Source: a virus. Taken from it: a stretch of DNA of 64,000 nt. The DNA is taken from positions 26,889 through 90,888 of IMG/VR virus record IMGVR_UViG_3300045922_000167, one strand, 5' to 3'. Made by a program: the position numbers and the translations under genes. Of this stretch, positions 37,894 to 48,230 are shown one piece after another; positions within the stretch are counted from its first letter, which is position 1, and each line of letters opens with the position of its first letter. The notes under the pieces were generated by a model, which saw nothing but the letters and a program-made list of their open reading frames with translations, was not told the origin of the DNA and did not search any database.

Positions 37894-38862
37894 TTATTTG
37901 AGGTCGAGATATTTTAAATATATATTTGGATTACGTAAACTATCTAATACTTCTTTTCTTCTTTCTTCAGATGAATATACAACTCCTGGTATTCGTTCTC
38001 CAGTTTTTTTATTAATAAAATAACTACTATCAGGATTAAAAATAGATGCAAGTCTATGTTCTTTAAATCCAAAACCTCCTTTATCTATTGGTAATGTTTC
38101 TGCAAAAAAATCATCAGCTATTTTTAATTTTTTTATTCTTTCTGGTGCATTTGCAGGTAATTGTTTCATACGAGTATTAATTGATCCTTTAAGCGCTTTA
38201 TCAGCACTTAAGTCTTTTATTATATTTTTATCTACTTCAGATTTTTTAAGATTATTTGTAACTGAAACAAGTTGTTGATTTTTTACTTCATGCTTTGTTT
38301 GATCTATATCTAGTGGTATTGTACCTTTGAATTTAAGTAACCATGAATTTATTACTGGTGCAACATATGTTGGTTGTCCTGATTCTGTGATATCTTCTGT
38401 AAGAGTTACACTTGAGTATGATAATGGAGTAATTTCTGACCACTCTCTAGGTTCATTGTTTTTTTCTTTATTTTTACTAATTGGAAAAGTTTTAAGTCTT
38501 GATATATTTTCTTTACTAGTTAACTGTTTCCAAGTAGTATCAGCTGGTGCAGTGTAGGGTTTAATTGTTTGTATAGGTACTGGTTCTAATCTTTTACTAG
38601 TAGCTTTTAATGTAGTTGGTCTTGCTTGATTAGTCCACATATCTATTAAATTAGTACCTCCTTCAGGATTTACTACATCGTAAAGCTCTCCTTTTTTGTC
38701 TATGTATTGGTTATTATTAATATATGTATATCCTTGTTTTTCATATTGTTGATGTTGTTTATTAAATCTAGGATCTTTATTTAAATCAGTTTTTTTACCA
38801 GTAGGTGGATCAGTTTTTACACCATATCGTCCCAAAATCATTCGTTGTGTTATTTTACCCAT
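37894..38862 (-). CDS. hypothetical virion-associated protein
   Basis: 322 aa, basic, in the late operon. Confidence 0.55.
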   Translation of the reverse strand: MGKITQRMILGRYGVKTDPPTGKKTDLNKDPRFNKQHQQYEKQGYTYINNNQYIDKKGELYDVVNPEGGTNLIDMWTNQARPTTLKATSKRLEPVPIQTIKPYTAPADTTWKQLTSKENISRLKTFPISKNKEKNNEPREWSEITPLSYSSVTLTEDITESGQPTYVAPVINSWLLKFKGTIPLDIDQTKHEVKNQQLVSVTNNLKKSEVDKNIIKDLSADKALKGSINTRMKQLPANAPERIKKLKIADDFFAETLPIDKGGFGFKEHRLASIFNPDSSYFINKKTGERIPGVVYSSEERRKEVLDSLRNPNIYLKYLDLK

Positions 38863-38873
38863 AGTAATAAAAA

Positions 38874-39575
38874 TTAATAATAACCGTCTTTCATTATAGT
38901 AATTAATTTATCAGAAATTTGCTGTAAAGTCAATACGTAAGGAGTAAAGTTTTCTTCTAAGAATCCGTTGTTTTCGTAACTGGTATTTGCAGCTGAAGTA
39001 AGATAATCAAATAATCCTTCTACCCCATCTGATGCTTTATCTTCAACTCCTTGTACATATTTTATATTAAGTAAATACGTTTTATCTATTAGCTTAATAC
39101 AATCACCAATTGGTAAATTACTAAAGACAAACGGTCTTGCAGCTTTTATTCTTTGGTCTCTTGCTTCTTGAGATAATAAATCAAAGTTTATTGAAATATT
39201 TGCTCTATCTAAAGGATTCGTTACCGTAGCTATGAATAAAGTTAGAGGTACTTTGTTTGGTAGGTAGTAACAAGCTAAATATTTTTCTTGTTCGGTTAAC
39301 GTATCCCATCCAGACCAATCTACCCCTACTATTGGTGCTACTAAAGCCCATATTTCTCTACGTAATGATTTCCAGTCCTTACATCCAAACTGACCTTCTA
39401 CATACTTCCAGTAGTTATGCCAGTTTTCTATGCTACTTACGTCTTGATAGTCAGTAGGTGGTGTTTGGTTATCTAATAGAGCTACAAAAGCTAATCTATT
39501 ATTTATTTGTTCTGGTGTATATGCGACAGATAAATCTACTAGTTGATTATCTATTAGTAATTGGTATAGTTTCAT
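38874..39575 (-). CDS. hypothetical protein
   Basis: 233-aa globular ORF. Confidence 0.65.
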   Translation of the reverse strand: MKLYQLLIDNQLVDLSVAYTPEQINNRLAFVALLDNQTPPTDYQDVSSIENWHNYWKYVEGQFGCKDWKSLRREIWALVAPIVGVDWSGWDTLTEQEKYLACYYLPNKVPLTLFIATVTNPLDRANISINFDLLSQEARDQRIKAARPFVFSNLPIGDCIKLIDKTYLLNIKYVQGVEDKASDGVEGLFDYLTSAANTSYENNGFLEENFTPYVLTLQQISDKLITIMKDGYY

Positions 39576-39576
39576 A

Positions 39577-42342
39577 TTATTTTAATTTAGAATTTCTATA
39601 TCCTTCATCTAATTTTTTTCTTAATTGATCTTTAGAATATGGAGATTTATATGTGCTTATTGGTTGGTACGCTTCTTCATATTCTTTTGTTTTACTATCA
39701 AAAGTTATATTATCTTTTGCATAAAACTGATCATATAAACGTTTATCAGAATCTCTTTGATTTGATTGTAAAATAGCTAAATATCTACTTTCAGGTGTAC
39801 GACCAGATTGTGTTAAAGCAAAAGGATCTATATTAGTTTCTGGTGTTATTTTAAATCTAGATATATAATCCGATACTTCTGTACCTCTATGTAAGTAAGG
39901 TCTAAACTTATCTATTTTTTTAATACGTTCTATATTTTCTATTTTTTCTGGTTGATTTAAATAATTATAGTTAAAATCTTGATTATTTTTGTATTGAGTT
40001 AAAAAATTATAATGTTCTGGACTAAATCCATTTACATCTCTTAATGGTGTTTTGTATCTTTTAAGTTTAAAAGCGTTTATAATTTTTTGTAACGCATTTA
40101 CTTTATATCTTGGTTGTGTTGTTGTAGGTTCATTAATAGAACTAGTTTTATTTACTTTTTCTGGAAAACTTTCGTAATTAAATTCTTGTAAGAAATTAAT
40201 ATTATCTTCTGGTGAAACGTAAGTTGTAGGTTTTGTTATATTAGTTTCTTGATTAGGATTATTTACAACTTCTGGTGTAATGTTTGATTGTACACTTGTA
40301 TTTTTATTTGGATTTTTATTAGCTACACCAACGTAATTTGATTGATTTATTTTACTATTATTAACTGATGGAATTTTTATAGCTGTTTCTAATGATATGT
40401 CTTTTCTATAAGGTGTTGATGTTTCTGGTGTATTAGAATAATTTACTGCACCCATTGGTAGTGTACCCATACCTTGTTCAGTTATTGGTTTTAATCTTGA
40501 ATTAACAGTTTGGTTACTTTTTGTGCTTTCAACACCAGTTACATAATTTGGAGATTTAATTATTGAATTTACATCTAAATTTAATGTTGTAGACGGTTTA
40601 GATGGAGATACGAACGACTCGGTTATATTACCTGCTAATCCTTTGTCTTGATTTTTTAACAGTAATGATTTAATTAATAAATTTTTACTAGGTTCTGAGT
40701 AATATGGATTAGTAGTAGGAACATTATAGTTTCCTTGATTAGCATTGTTTAAAGAAGCGGTAGTAGATGGTGTTGGCGTATTGTACAAAGGGCTTGCAGC
40801 GTTAACTGAAGACTCAGTGAGTGTATTGGGTCTATAAAAAATTGAAGATGAACCATCGTAACTTCCGCCTGCAAATATGTTTAGTACTTTACTTAATGGG
40901 TTTTCTTGGAGTGTAGGTTTTATTGTAGGATGTGCTGTGCTTGAGTTTTGAATAGGTGCTTGAGTACTTTGTGCAACAGCTTCTTGTTGTTGATTGTAAA
41001 CAGGAGAGTTAAAAGGTTTATTTTCTATTTTTTCAGGTTTTGGTATATCTAGTTTAGGAAAATTTAGTGAAGTTGAACTTGGAATAACCTTAGGTTTTAT
41101 TGTAGAAATTGGGCTAACCAAATTTGGTAATGTTGTAGCTGTTGATGTTGTTGGGGTATTTAGATTTTTTACAGTTGTTTCTTCATTTTTAGTACTAATT
41201 TGATTGTCTGGGTTAATAAAACTATTGTTATTGTTACTTTTTATATCAGTTGACTTATTATTTTTATCTTCTTCGTCAGCAACCGCTTCCATAGTTGTAA
41301 GATGCTCATCGTCTTCATATATATAATATCCAGTATTATTTGGGTTAGGAATAACTTTTGAATATTTATTTTCTTTTGTGTTGTAATAAAGTTCAGTATC
41401 TTCTCCTAGCTCACTTTTTAATTTTTTTTTAAGTTCATTAATTCCTTCCGTTATACTTTCTGACCTTTCATCATATAGTACGTCAACAGTTTTAATTCTT
41501 TTTGATTTATCTTTTTCTTTACGGTCTACGTACGATAACTGAAATTTAAATTTTTTATTTTTTTTTGTATCGTTATCTTTTGGTGTATTTAGTGTTCTTT
41601 CTTTATTATCCTTATTTATTTTTAATTTTACAAATTTATACCCATCTGGATTTGGGTCGTATTCTGAATAGTCGTAATTATCAGCAGGTGGCTGTTTTGC
41701 TCCGCCATACTCACGAGGATCAAATACATAATAATTATCTTCCTTCACAAGATAAGGTACTCTTGTAACATAGTCATAATGATGATCGTTTTGGTCGGAG
41801 TAAATAAATTTATCGGAATAAGTAAATTTCTCGGGAAAAGCACCAAATTTATCTTTTACTTCTTTTTTAGCCTTATCAAATGCTTTTTTTATAGAATCTA
41901 ATTCATAAGGATCAAATTCTACGTCAATTACGCCTTTTTCGTTATTTACGTGAAAAGTATACTTAAAGATTTTATTTTTACTGTTTTCTTTATTTTCTTT
42001 GTTATTTGTATTATTTAAATTTTTTGTGTTTTCCAAGCCCAATGGATTAGGATAAGTATAAAATTTTTTATCATATAATTGATTAAATCTTTGTACGTCT
42101 TCATCTGTTAAATTTTGTTTTTTGTATATATCCCTTAATTCTTTAAGAACAGATGGAGAATAAGTAGCTTGATATAATTTATTATTAAAAAAGTTATCAT
42201 CGTTAAATTTAGAAATATCTTCAGCTGTTAATTTTTTACGAATTAACTTTTCAAATAGGTCACCAAAATTAGATTTAGTACCACCGTTAATCTTACCACC
42301 ATCTTGGTATTTTAGCATGTTGAAGAACAATGGGCGTTTCAT
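39577..42342 (-). CDS. virion cargo-like low-complexity protein
   Basis: KYQDGG N-term motif; N/T/P-rich; shares NIFAGGS and RTPESRxLAIL modules with neighbours. Confidence 0.55.
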   Translation of the reverse strand: MKRPLFFNMLKYQDGGKINGGTKSNFGDLFEKLIRKKLTAEDISKFNDDNFFNNKLYQATYSPSVLKELRDIYKKQNLTDEDVQRFNQLYDKKFYTYPNPLGLENTKNLNNTNNKENKENSKNKIFKYTFHVNNEKGVIDVEFDPYELDSIKKAFDKAKKEVKDKFGAFPEKFTYSDKFIYSDQNDHHYDYVTRVPYLVKEDNYYVFDPREYGGAKQPPADNYDYSEYDPNPDGYKFVKLKINKDNKERTLNTPKDNDTKKNKKFKFQLSYVDRKEKDKSKRIKTVDVLYDERSESITEGINELKKKLKSELGEDTELYYNTKENKYSKVIPNPNNTGYYIYEDDEHLTTMEAVADEEDKNNKSTDIKSNNNNSFINPDNQISTKNEETTVKNLNTPTTSTATTLPNLVSPISTIKPKVIPSSTSLNFPKLDIPKPEKIENKPFNSPVYNQQQEAVAQSTQAPIQNSSTAHPTIKPTLQENPLSKVLNIFAGGSYDGSSSIFYRPNTLTESSVNAASPLYNTPTPSTTASLNNANQGNYNVPTTNPYYSEPSKNLLIKSLLLKNQDKGLAGNITESFVSPSKPSTTLNLDVNSIIKSPNYVTGVESTKSNQTVNSRLKPITEQGMGTLPMGAVNYSNTPETSTPYRKDISLETAIKIPSVNNSKINQSNYVGVANKNPNKNTSVQSNITPEVVNNPNQETNITKPTTYVSPEDNINFLQEFNYESFPEKVNKTSSINEPTTTQPRYKVNALQKIINAFKLKRYKTPLRDVNGFSPEHYNFLTQYKNNQDFNYNYLNQPEKIENIERIKKIDKFRPYLHRGTEVSDYISRFKITPETNIDPFALTQSGRTPESRYLAILQSNQRDSDKRLYDQFYAKDNITFDSKTKEYEEAYQPISTYKSPYSKDQLRKKLDEGYRNSKLK

Positions 42343-43617
42343 TTATGCTTTTTTTATTAATTCGTCTACTATATCTTTGTAAAATTTGTAAGTTCCTTTA
42401 CCATACAACTTTTCAAACATTTTAATATCATTAGGATTTTCTCCTTGATTTAAAATTGCTAAAAATCTAGATTCTGGTGTTCTAGAATGTTGTGGTATAG
42501 TATCTGGAGCAGTTTTTGTATAGTCAATACCACTTTTAAAAGGATTAAATCCAGTTGCTGATTGTAATTTGTTGTAATCTATTTTTGGCGTTGTAGGTTT
42601 TGTAGTGTTAGCTATAATTGGAGTTTGTGGTTTTTCGGGTAGTCGTTGTGGGTTTTTAACTGATGGTTTTGTAGTTGGTTGTATTTGTCCTGATGTATTT
42701 TTTTTATATCCTTGTAATACATCATTTATTAACATTTGCGGATATGCAAAATCAGGTATTCTTGTATTATAGCTATTATCAAATTGATTATCTTGTATTA
42801 TATTTTGCATTGAATTCAATTCATGTGCTAAAATTTCTTCTTTTGTAGGTTCGTATGCAGGTACAGGTTGCGGTCCGTATAGTTTTTTTGCTAATTCTTC
42901 GTCAAATAAATGTGGATAATATTTACGCATTAATTGCTCTCTATGAGCATCACTTGTGACTACATGTGTTATTTGGTCTGGTCCAAATTTTTCCTCCATT
43001 GGGTAGGTAACTCTACTTATTTCTTCAGCTGGTGGTTTTTTATACGTTACATTATGAGGCCCTTTTGTTTGATACTTACCTGTATAAGGATTATAATATA
43101 AATTAGGATCCTTAAAATTAACGTTTGATCGAAGCGCATCATAATCTCTAAAAGACATACTTCTTCTTATTCTTTCCTTTCTTCTATTCTCTACAACAGG
43201 ATCTTTAAATTGTATTACAACATATTTATCTTTATAAATAGTTCTATTTTTGTCGTGTGGGTCAAAAAAAGGCAATTTGAAATATATATCACGTGGTTGA
43301 TATCCTAATTTAACATTAGGATTATCAGAAGATCCAGAAAAGGTCTCTAGAATATCAGGATAAAAAAATGAAGCTCTCCACTGTCTTACGTCTTTTGGAT
43401 CTTGCATTCTAACAAATGTTTCCCACTCTTTATCAGTTATAGGTTTTAGTAAAGACTGTGAAGGTTTTACCCATTTTGGGTTATACCATCTATGAAAATA
43501 AGCGTGACTATAAGGATTAATTGGTATTTCATGTGGTTCTAAAGGCTTATTCAAATAATCTACTTTTGGGTTACGTTTTCCAGTAGATCCAGAAGGGTTA
43601 CTATTTTTGTTATCCAT
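42343..43617 (-). CDS. virion cargo-like protein
   Basis: C-term SRTPESRFLAILNQGE module shared with 39577-42342. Confidence 0.55.
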   Translation of the reverse strand: MDNKNSNPSGSTGKRNPKVDYLNKPLEPHEIPINPYSHAYFHRWYNPKWVKPSQSLLKPITDKEWETFVRMQDPKDVRQWRASFFYPDILETFSGSSDNPNVKLGYQPRDIYFKLPFFDPHDKNRTIYKDKYVVIQFKDPVVENRRKERIRRSMSFRDYDALRSNVNFKDPNLYYNPYTGKYQTKGPHNVTYKKPPAEEISRVTYPMEEKFGPDQITHVVTSDAHREQLMRKYYPHLFDEELAKKLYGPQPVPAYEPTKEEILAHELNSMQNIIQDNQFDNSYNTRIPDFAYPQMLINDVLQGYKKNTSGQIQPTTKPSVKNPQRLPEKPQTPIIANTTKPTTPKIDYNKLQSATGFNPFKSGIDYTKTAPDTIPQHSRTPESRFLAILNQGENPNDIKMFEKLYGKGTYKFYKDIVDELIKKA

Positions 43618-43624
43618 AACGTTA

Positions 43625-44266
43625 TTATTTAAAATCTGAATATTTAAGTAATGTATAAGTAAAAGAATTTCCTAATCCATTTGCTACTTGTAGTTCACAA
43701 GCCTTAATTATTTGATCAAATATACGTGGATTTTGAACTACTTGACAGCCTGCACTCCAATTATCTACAAATTCAAACTCTTGCGAGCTATGTGCTCTAT
43801 GAAAGTTAAGTCCGTATAATCCAGTACTTACTTTACTTTCATCTATGTCAATTAATCCATTCCAGTTATTGTCTCTATAACATGTAATAGGTCTAACTTG
43901 AATAAGTGCTTTATGTCTAAAGTTACCTGTACCATGCCAACCTAATTGATATACGCCTTTGTATTGTCCTGGTTTTACTATCGCTGCTCCAGTCATTTTT
44001 ACGTAATCTGAAAAAGGAGTAGTTAAATAATACTTACCAGGATCTGTTGTACCTCTACCTTTAATTACGTTATACTCAGTGGCAGTGGTGCTACTTTTAA
44101 AAAAACAATAAAAATAGTCATCAAATCTATTATCCTGAGGGTTTATATCGTTACGTATCCCTACAAGATTAATATTGTAAGGCGGTAAATCAAATACAAG
44201 ATAGCCTTTGTCTTTCATAACATTGGCTATCTTGTATGTTGGTATTATAGCTATAGGGTACATCAT
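43625..44266 (-). CDS. putative endolysin, L,D-transpeptidase (YkuD)-like peptidase
   Basis: GLNFHRA...WSAGCQV His/Ser-x-Gly-Cys motif; TTDPG; close to holin. Confidence 0.6.
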   Translation of the reverse strand: MMYPIAIIPTYKIANVMKDKGYLVFDLPPYNINLVGIRNDINPQDNRFDDYFYCFFKSSTTATEYNVIKGRGTTDPGKYYLTTPFSDYVKMTGAAIVKPGQYKGVYQLGWHGTGNFRHKALIQVRPITCYRDNNWNGLIDIDESKVSTGLYGLNFHRAHSSQEFEFVDNWSAGCQVVQNPRIFDQIIKACELQVANGLGNSFTYTLLKYSDFK

Positions 44267-44267
44267 A

Positions 44268-45395
44268 CTACACAACTGTTAAGCCTATTAATTGAACGTT
44301 ACGTACTCTAAAAGAACCACCGTTACCTCTAGCTGAAATAGTAACAGTACTACCTCCTATAGCGAAACCAAAGTTTATAATCTGCATGTGTGTAAATTGT
44401 CTCCAAACACTATCGTTAGGAAAATTTAGACTTTCGTACATAATAGGATTACTTCCTGGAGGAGGGTTATTAATAATATTGCTTACATTTACTATTAATG
44501 ATAAATTCCTATTTGCTCCAGGTGAAACTTGTCTAGCCTCAAAAGAAAGTATAAGAACAGTAGGTAAAGAAGTTACATTAAAACCTAAAGGATTAGCTAC
44601 TAAAGTAAATACACCTGTACCTATGTCAGATAAATTCCCTTCAAACGTTACTGGAGCAAAAGATGATATTACATTAAAATTAGATAAAGGTGTTTGCCAT
44701 ACTACGTTACCTAAGTTATTTGTAGTTAAGACTTGTCCTGATGTACCTGGAGTTATACTCAGTGGGTTGGATGTAGTACCAGAACCTGAAAGAGGAGTAG
44801 TAGTATTTACATTTAATTCTAACGGTAATGAAGGTGTACCATTGCCTGATAATCCCCCACCTGGAGCTATTTGTACTTGACCGTTACCAGTCTCATCAGC
44901 ACCCCATTGTACTACACCGCCTATTGTCTTTAGTACTTGCCCATCGCTACCTGGCTCTATGTATAAAGGATTAGTAAACGTACCTAAACCTTGTAAAGGG
45001 CCTAGAACATATTGATTGAGTATGAGTGGATTAGTTGGCGTACCTAAGCCTATTAATCCGTTATTAGCGTCTTCAAAGAGTATTCCTGCTTCACCAGGAG
45101 GTCCTTGCGGTCCCTGAGGTCCAGGAGGACCATCATTTCCTGGAGGTCCTTGCAGTCCAGGAAGTCCTTGAATACCTTGAGGACCTTGAGGTCCAGCAGG
45201 TCCAGGCGGTCCTGGATCTCCCTGTGGTCCTTGTGGTCCTTGTGGACCAGGAGGTCCTACACCACCTCCACCTTGTTCTAACGCTGAGCTTATGTAATGA
45301 AATAACTTAATTAATACATTACGCTCAGGTGTATTAAAGGATGCAAGTTCGTAGGCTTCAGACTTAATCTTTCTTATTAGATCTTGTAAATTCAT
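44268..45395 (-). CDS. collagen-repeat fibre protein
   Basis: About 20 G-x-y triplets (GPQGPPG), GQVLxT..G.V.W repeats, beta-rich C-terminal domain. Confidence 0.8.
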   Translation of the reverse strand: MNLQDLIRKIKSEAYELASFNTPERNVLIKLFHYISSALEQGGGGVGPPGPQGPQGPQGDPGPPGPAGPQGPQGIQGLPGLQGPPGNDGPPGPQGPQGPPGEAGILFEDANNGLIGLGTPTNPLILNQYVLGPLQGLGTFTNPLYIEPGSDGQVLKTIGGVVQWGADETGNGQVQIAPGGGLSGNGTPSLPLELNVNTTTPLSGSGTTSNPLSITPGTSGQVLTTNNLGNVVWQTPLSNFNVISSFAPVTFEGNLSDIGTGVFTLVANPLGFNVTSLPTVLILSFEARQVSPGANRNLSLIVNVSNIINNPPPGSNPIMYESLNFPNDSVWRQFTHMQIINFGFAIGGSTVTISARGNGGSFRVRNVQLIGLTVV

Positions 45396-45927
45396 CTTTT
45401 AATTCTTTAGCTTGTTCGTTTTGTAACTCTTCAAAATCTTTTCTCTCTTTCTCTCTCTCCACTGAGTCTTTCTTATACAAATCTATTTTACTTGTAAGAA
45501 ACCTAGCTAGTTTATTATCTATATATCCAAGTAACGAAAGATTTACTATAAACGAAATCATCAGTATAACTACAATAGGAACAAATACAGCACCTGGTAG
45601 CCAAGCTAAGTAATCATTTCCTTTGCTAAATTGAAAGGATAACGTTAGCAGAATAGTATAAGCAAGTAACTTCTTAACTATTCTAAGTACTTTACGTGTT
45701 TCATAAATACCTTGCTTCCAAGCGTACATACTACCCGTAATAAAATCACATACTATTAACGCAATTAGCGTATAGTAATGCCCAGATGGAGACCAAACAT
45801 ATAAATCTATTTGGTCATTTAACCAATAAAAGAATCCACCTAGTATAGCAGCTAAGCTATCTATAAGTAGCCAATTTTTTCTATGGAATCCAAAAATTAT
45901 GTCTAATTCTTCGTATAGGTATTTCAT
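45364..45927 (-). CDS. holin
   Basis: 3-4 TM segments, DFITG motif, [11 protein letters not shown], charged C-tail (phage holin 4-like). Confidence 0.7.
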   Translation of the reverse strand: MKYLYEELDIIFGFHRKNWLLIDSLAAILGGFFYWLNDQIDLYVWSPSGHYYTLIALIVCDFITGSMYAWKQGIYETRKVLRIVKKLLAYTILLTLSFQFSKGNDYLAWLPGAVFVPIVVILMISFIVNLSLLGYIDNKLARFLTSKIDLYKKDSVEREKERKDFEELQNEQAKELKDEFTRSNKKD

Positions 45928-45929
45928 AT

Positions 45930-46967
45930 TTAATCTAAATAAATAATTCCAGGTAGTTTGTAGCTATCAGGTATTTTTTTAATACTACCGTTTTCATTAA
46001 AAGAATTTTGAATTTCTTTAACTTTATCAGTTAATTTAAAACTCATACGTTTTTGAGTATCAGGAGCTTCTTGAAAAGATAATACTTGGTCTCTATTACC
46101 TAAATTTACAACGCAATAATTTTTACCATCTGTGCATTCTAATGCTCTAGTTACTTGAAAAGAATGTAAAATTAATTCTACTACTTTTTTATTTTTCGTG
46201 CTTGGATTAAGCTTTAGCAAAGATAAAGCACGTGATAAATCTTTCTCTACAACATCAACAATAGTTTCTTCACCTACAAATAATTGAACAGTTAAACCTT
46301 TAACATCAGATATTTTAGGAAAAGATTTTACTGTTTCGTAATTCATAGTTAAAAATCCATATTGCGAATTATCGTCTAATTTTAAAGAATATAATACGCT
46401 TACACTTAAAGAAAAATAACAAGTAGGCGGTTTTAAATTAGACAATTGTTTCTTTTGGTTATAACTAAATACAAACTCAGCATTACGATAGCTGTCTGTA
46501 AACGGTCTATAAGAAATATTACTTGCTTCTATTAATTGACAAGGACTTAAAGTACTAGTTAAAGGTGTAGCTTTAAATTCTGTAGTTACAGGAAGTATAT
46601 TAGCAACTAAAACTTGAGGATCAGCACAGCCAATAGCTTCTACTTTAAATCTTTCTTGAACTTTATAAAGAAAAACTGGACTAACCAGACCTTCAAATAC
46701 ATCTACTAAAATAGTATAATTATTAGGTAATAATCCTTTAACTACACTATTTATAGTAGTTGTTGTTTGCGTTCTATTATAGGTTACTTGAAAAGTTAAA
46801 CCAGGAATTTCAGCATTATTTTCATTAACAACACGAACTCTTGCTGTTAATGTAGGGCTGCTATTATCTTTAAAAACAAATTGAAGTTCTCCTTTATTTC
46901 TTATGGAGTTGCTGTTGCCAAAACAAGAAGCATTTTTTACGGTTTTAGATATAAGTTCAAAAGCCAT
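45930..46967 (-). CDS. tail-region protein with degenerate SprB-like repeat
   Basis: ASCFG...GELQF...GLLPNNYTILV. Confidence 0.5.
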   Translation of the reverse strand: MAFELISKTVKNASCFGNSNSIRNKGELQFVFKDNSSPTLTARVRVVNENNAEIPGLTFQVTYNRTQTTTTINSVVKGLLPNNYTILVDVFEGLVSPVFLYKVQERFKVEAIGCADPQVLVANILPVTTEFKATPLTSTLSPCQLIEASNISYRPFTDSYRNAEFVFSYNQKKQLSNLKPPTCYFSLSVSVLYSLKLDDNSQYGFLTMNYETVKSFPKISDVKGLTVQLFVGEETIVDVVEKDLSRALSLLKLNPSTKNKKVVELILHSFQVTRALECTDGKNYCVVNLGNRDQVLSFQEAPDTQKRMSFKLTDKVKEIQNSFNENGSIKKIPDSYKLPGIIYLD

Positions 46968-46998
46968 AGTATTATTTAATTTAAGGTTTATTTAATAA

Positions 46999-47397
46999 TT
47001 AGTTGTTACAAGTTTCACAAGTGTGTTTATATCTACATACTTCAAAGCATTTGTATATACATGTAATATCCATACCTGCACATAAAAATAACTTTCTAAT
47101 ACATTCAAGTTCGTTACATTTAATATAACATTCGTTATCTTCAGGATTTAACTTTTTTTGAACGTATTGCAAATATAGTAAATTAGTTAAATGAGTCATT
47201 ACTAACGAATAGTGTTGAGCTTGTACTCCTACAACATCGTTATTGTGTTTTTTAACTTCAAATATTTTATTATTTAATTCTTTTTGATAGTTCCATGTAC
47301 CAGATATAGCACAAGCATACACCCTACGTATATCTGGTATAGGTTCAATACACGTATTAAATTTACATAAATCTATTGCGTATCTTTTTATTTCCAT
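46999..47397 (-). CDS. Cys-rich helical tail-region protein
   Basis: 132 aa with many Cys; resembles the C-term helical module of 56383-58467. Confidence 0.55.
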   Translation of the reverse strand: MEIKRYAIDLCKFNTCIEPIPDIRRVYACAISGTWNYQKELNNKIFEVKKHNNDVVGVQAQHYSLVMTHLTNLLYLQYVQKKLNPEDNECYIKCNELECIRKLFLCAGMDITCIYKCFEVCRYKHTCETCNN

Positions 47398-48176
47398 TAT
47401 AACGATGTAGTTAAATAAAGTATTCTATTACAATTTGTACCACAACTTACTCTTAAAAAAATATCAAAAGTATGACCACCGCTACCAAAATCATTTAAAT
47501 TGATAGTAGAGACGTTGTTTGCTGTAAAATAAGCTGCAGCATTTTGATTCTGACATACAGAATCTTGGTTTAATATCCACCAAAAATAAGTTGGATTCTG
47601 ACATCCATTAAATCCTGATAAACTTACATTACTACCATTTTCAATTAGTTGACCTTGAATACTACATGGGCAATCATTTAACGGTACATTAATTACAGGT
47701 GCACAATCAGGACAAGGAGGACAAGGTGGTATAGTTGGACAAGGAGGACAGCTTGGACATGGAGGGCAATTAACAACAGGCGGTGGGCATGTATTATTTA
47801 TAACTGATGGGGGACATTCTGGACAAGCAGGACATTCTGGACAATTACAAGGAGGGCATTCAAATTTTTGACAATTACACTCAACTACAAATGTTTCAGA
47901 TTTAACACAATCATATGTATCATCTCCATTCTTATCTATTTGTATCCTAATAATGTAAGCCCCTGGAGCTAAATCATTTCTTTTAAGACTAAAACTTTTT
48001 TTATTTCCTACTGTTATAGGATTAACATTTGTTTGCTCAACATCATTTATGTACACTTTTATGTTCTCTGAGCTTGAACACGCATCGTATACAAATACAA
48101 GCTCACCATCATTATTACATGTTGGTTGTCCATTTTGAGGATAGTTACAAGTTGTATGTTTTATACTTAAACCCAT
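47397..48176 (-). CDS. Cys/Pro-repeat protein with SprB-like N-terminal domain
   Basis: TCNNDGEL...DLAPGAYIIRI; (CPxCP)n tract. Confidence 0.6.
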   Translation of the reverse strand: MGLSIKHTTCNYPQNGQPTCNNDGELVFVYDACSSSENIKVYINDVEQTNVNPITVGNKKSFSLKRNDLAPGAYIIRIQIDKNGDDTYDCVKSETFVVECNCQKFECPPCNCPECPACPECPPSVINNTCPPPVVNCPPCPSCPPCPTIPPCPPCPDCAPVINVPLNDCPCSIQGQLIENGSNVSLSGFNGCQNPTYFWWILNQDSVCQNQNAAAYFTANNVSTINLNDFGSGGHTFDIFLRVSCGTNCNRILYLTTSL

Positions 48177-48186
48177 AGTTACAATA

Positions 48187-48211
48187 AAAAGGGGAGACTT
48201 GCTCCCCTTTT
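48187..48211 (-). terminator. terminator hairpin
   Basis: AAAAGGGGAG-loop-CTCCCCTTTT. Confidence 0.65.
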
Positions 48212-48230
48212 ATGCGCGGTTATGATTTTG

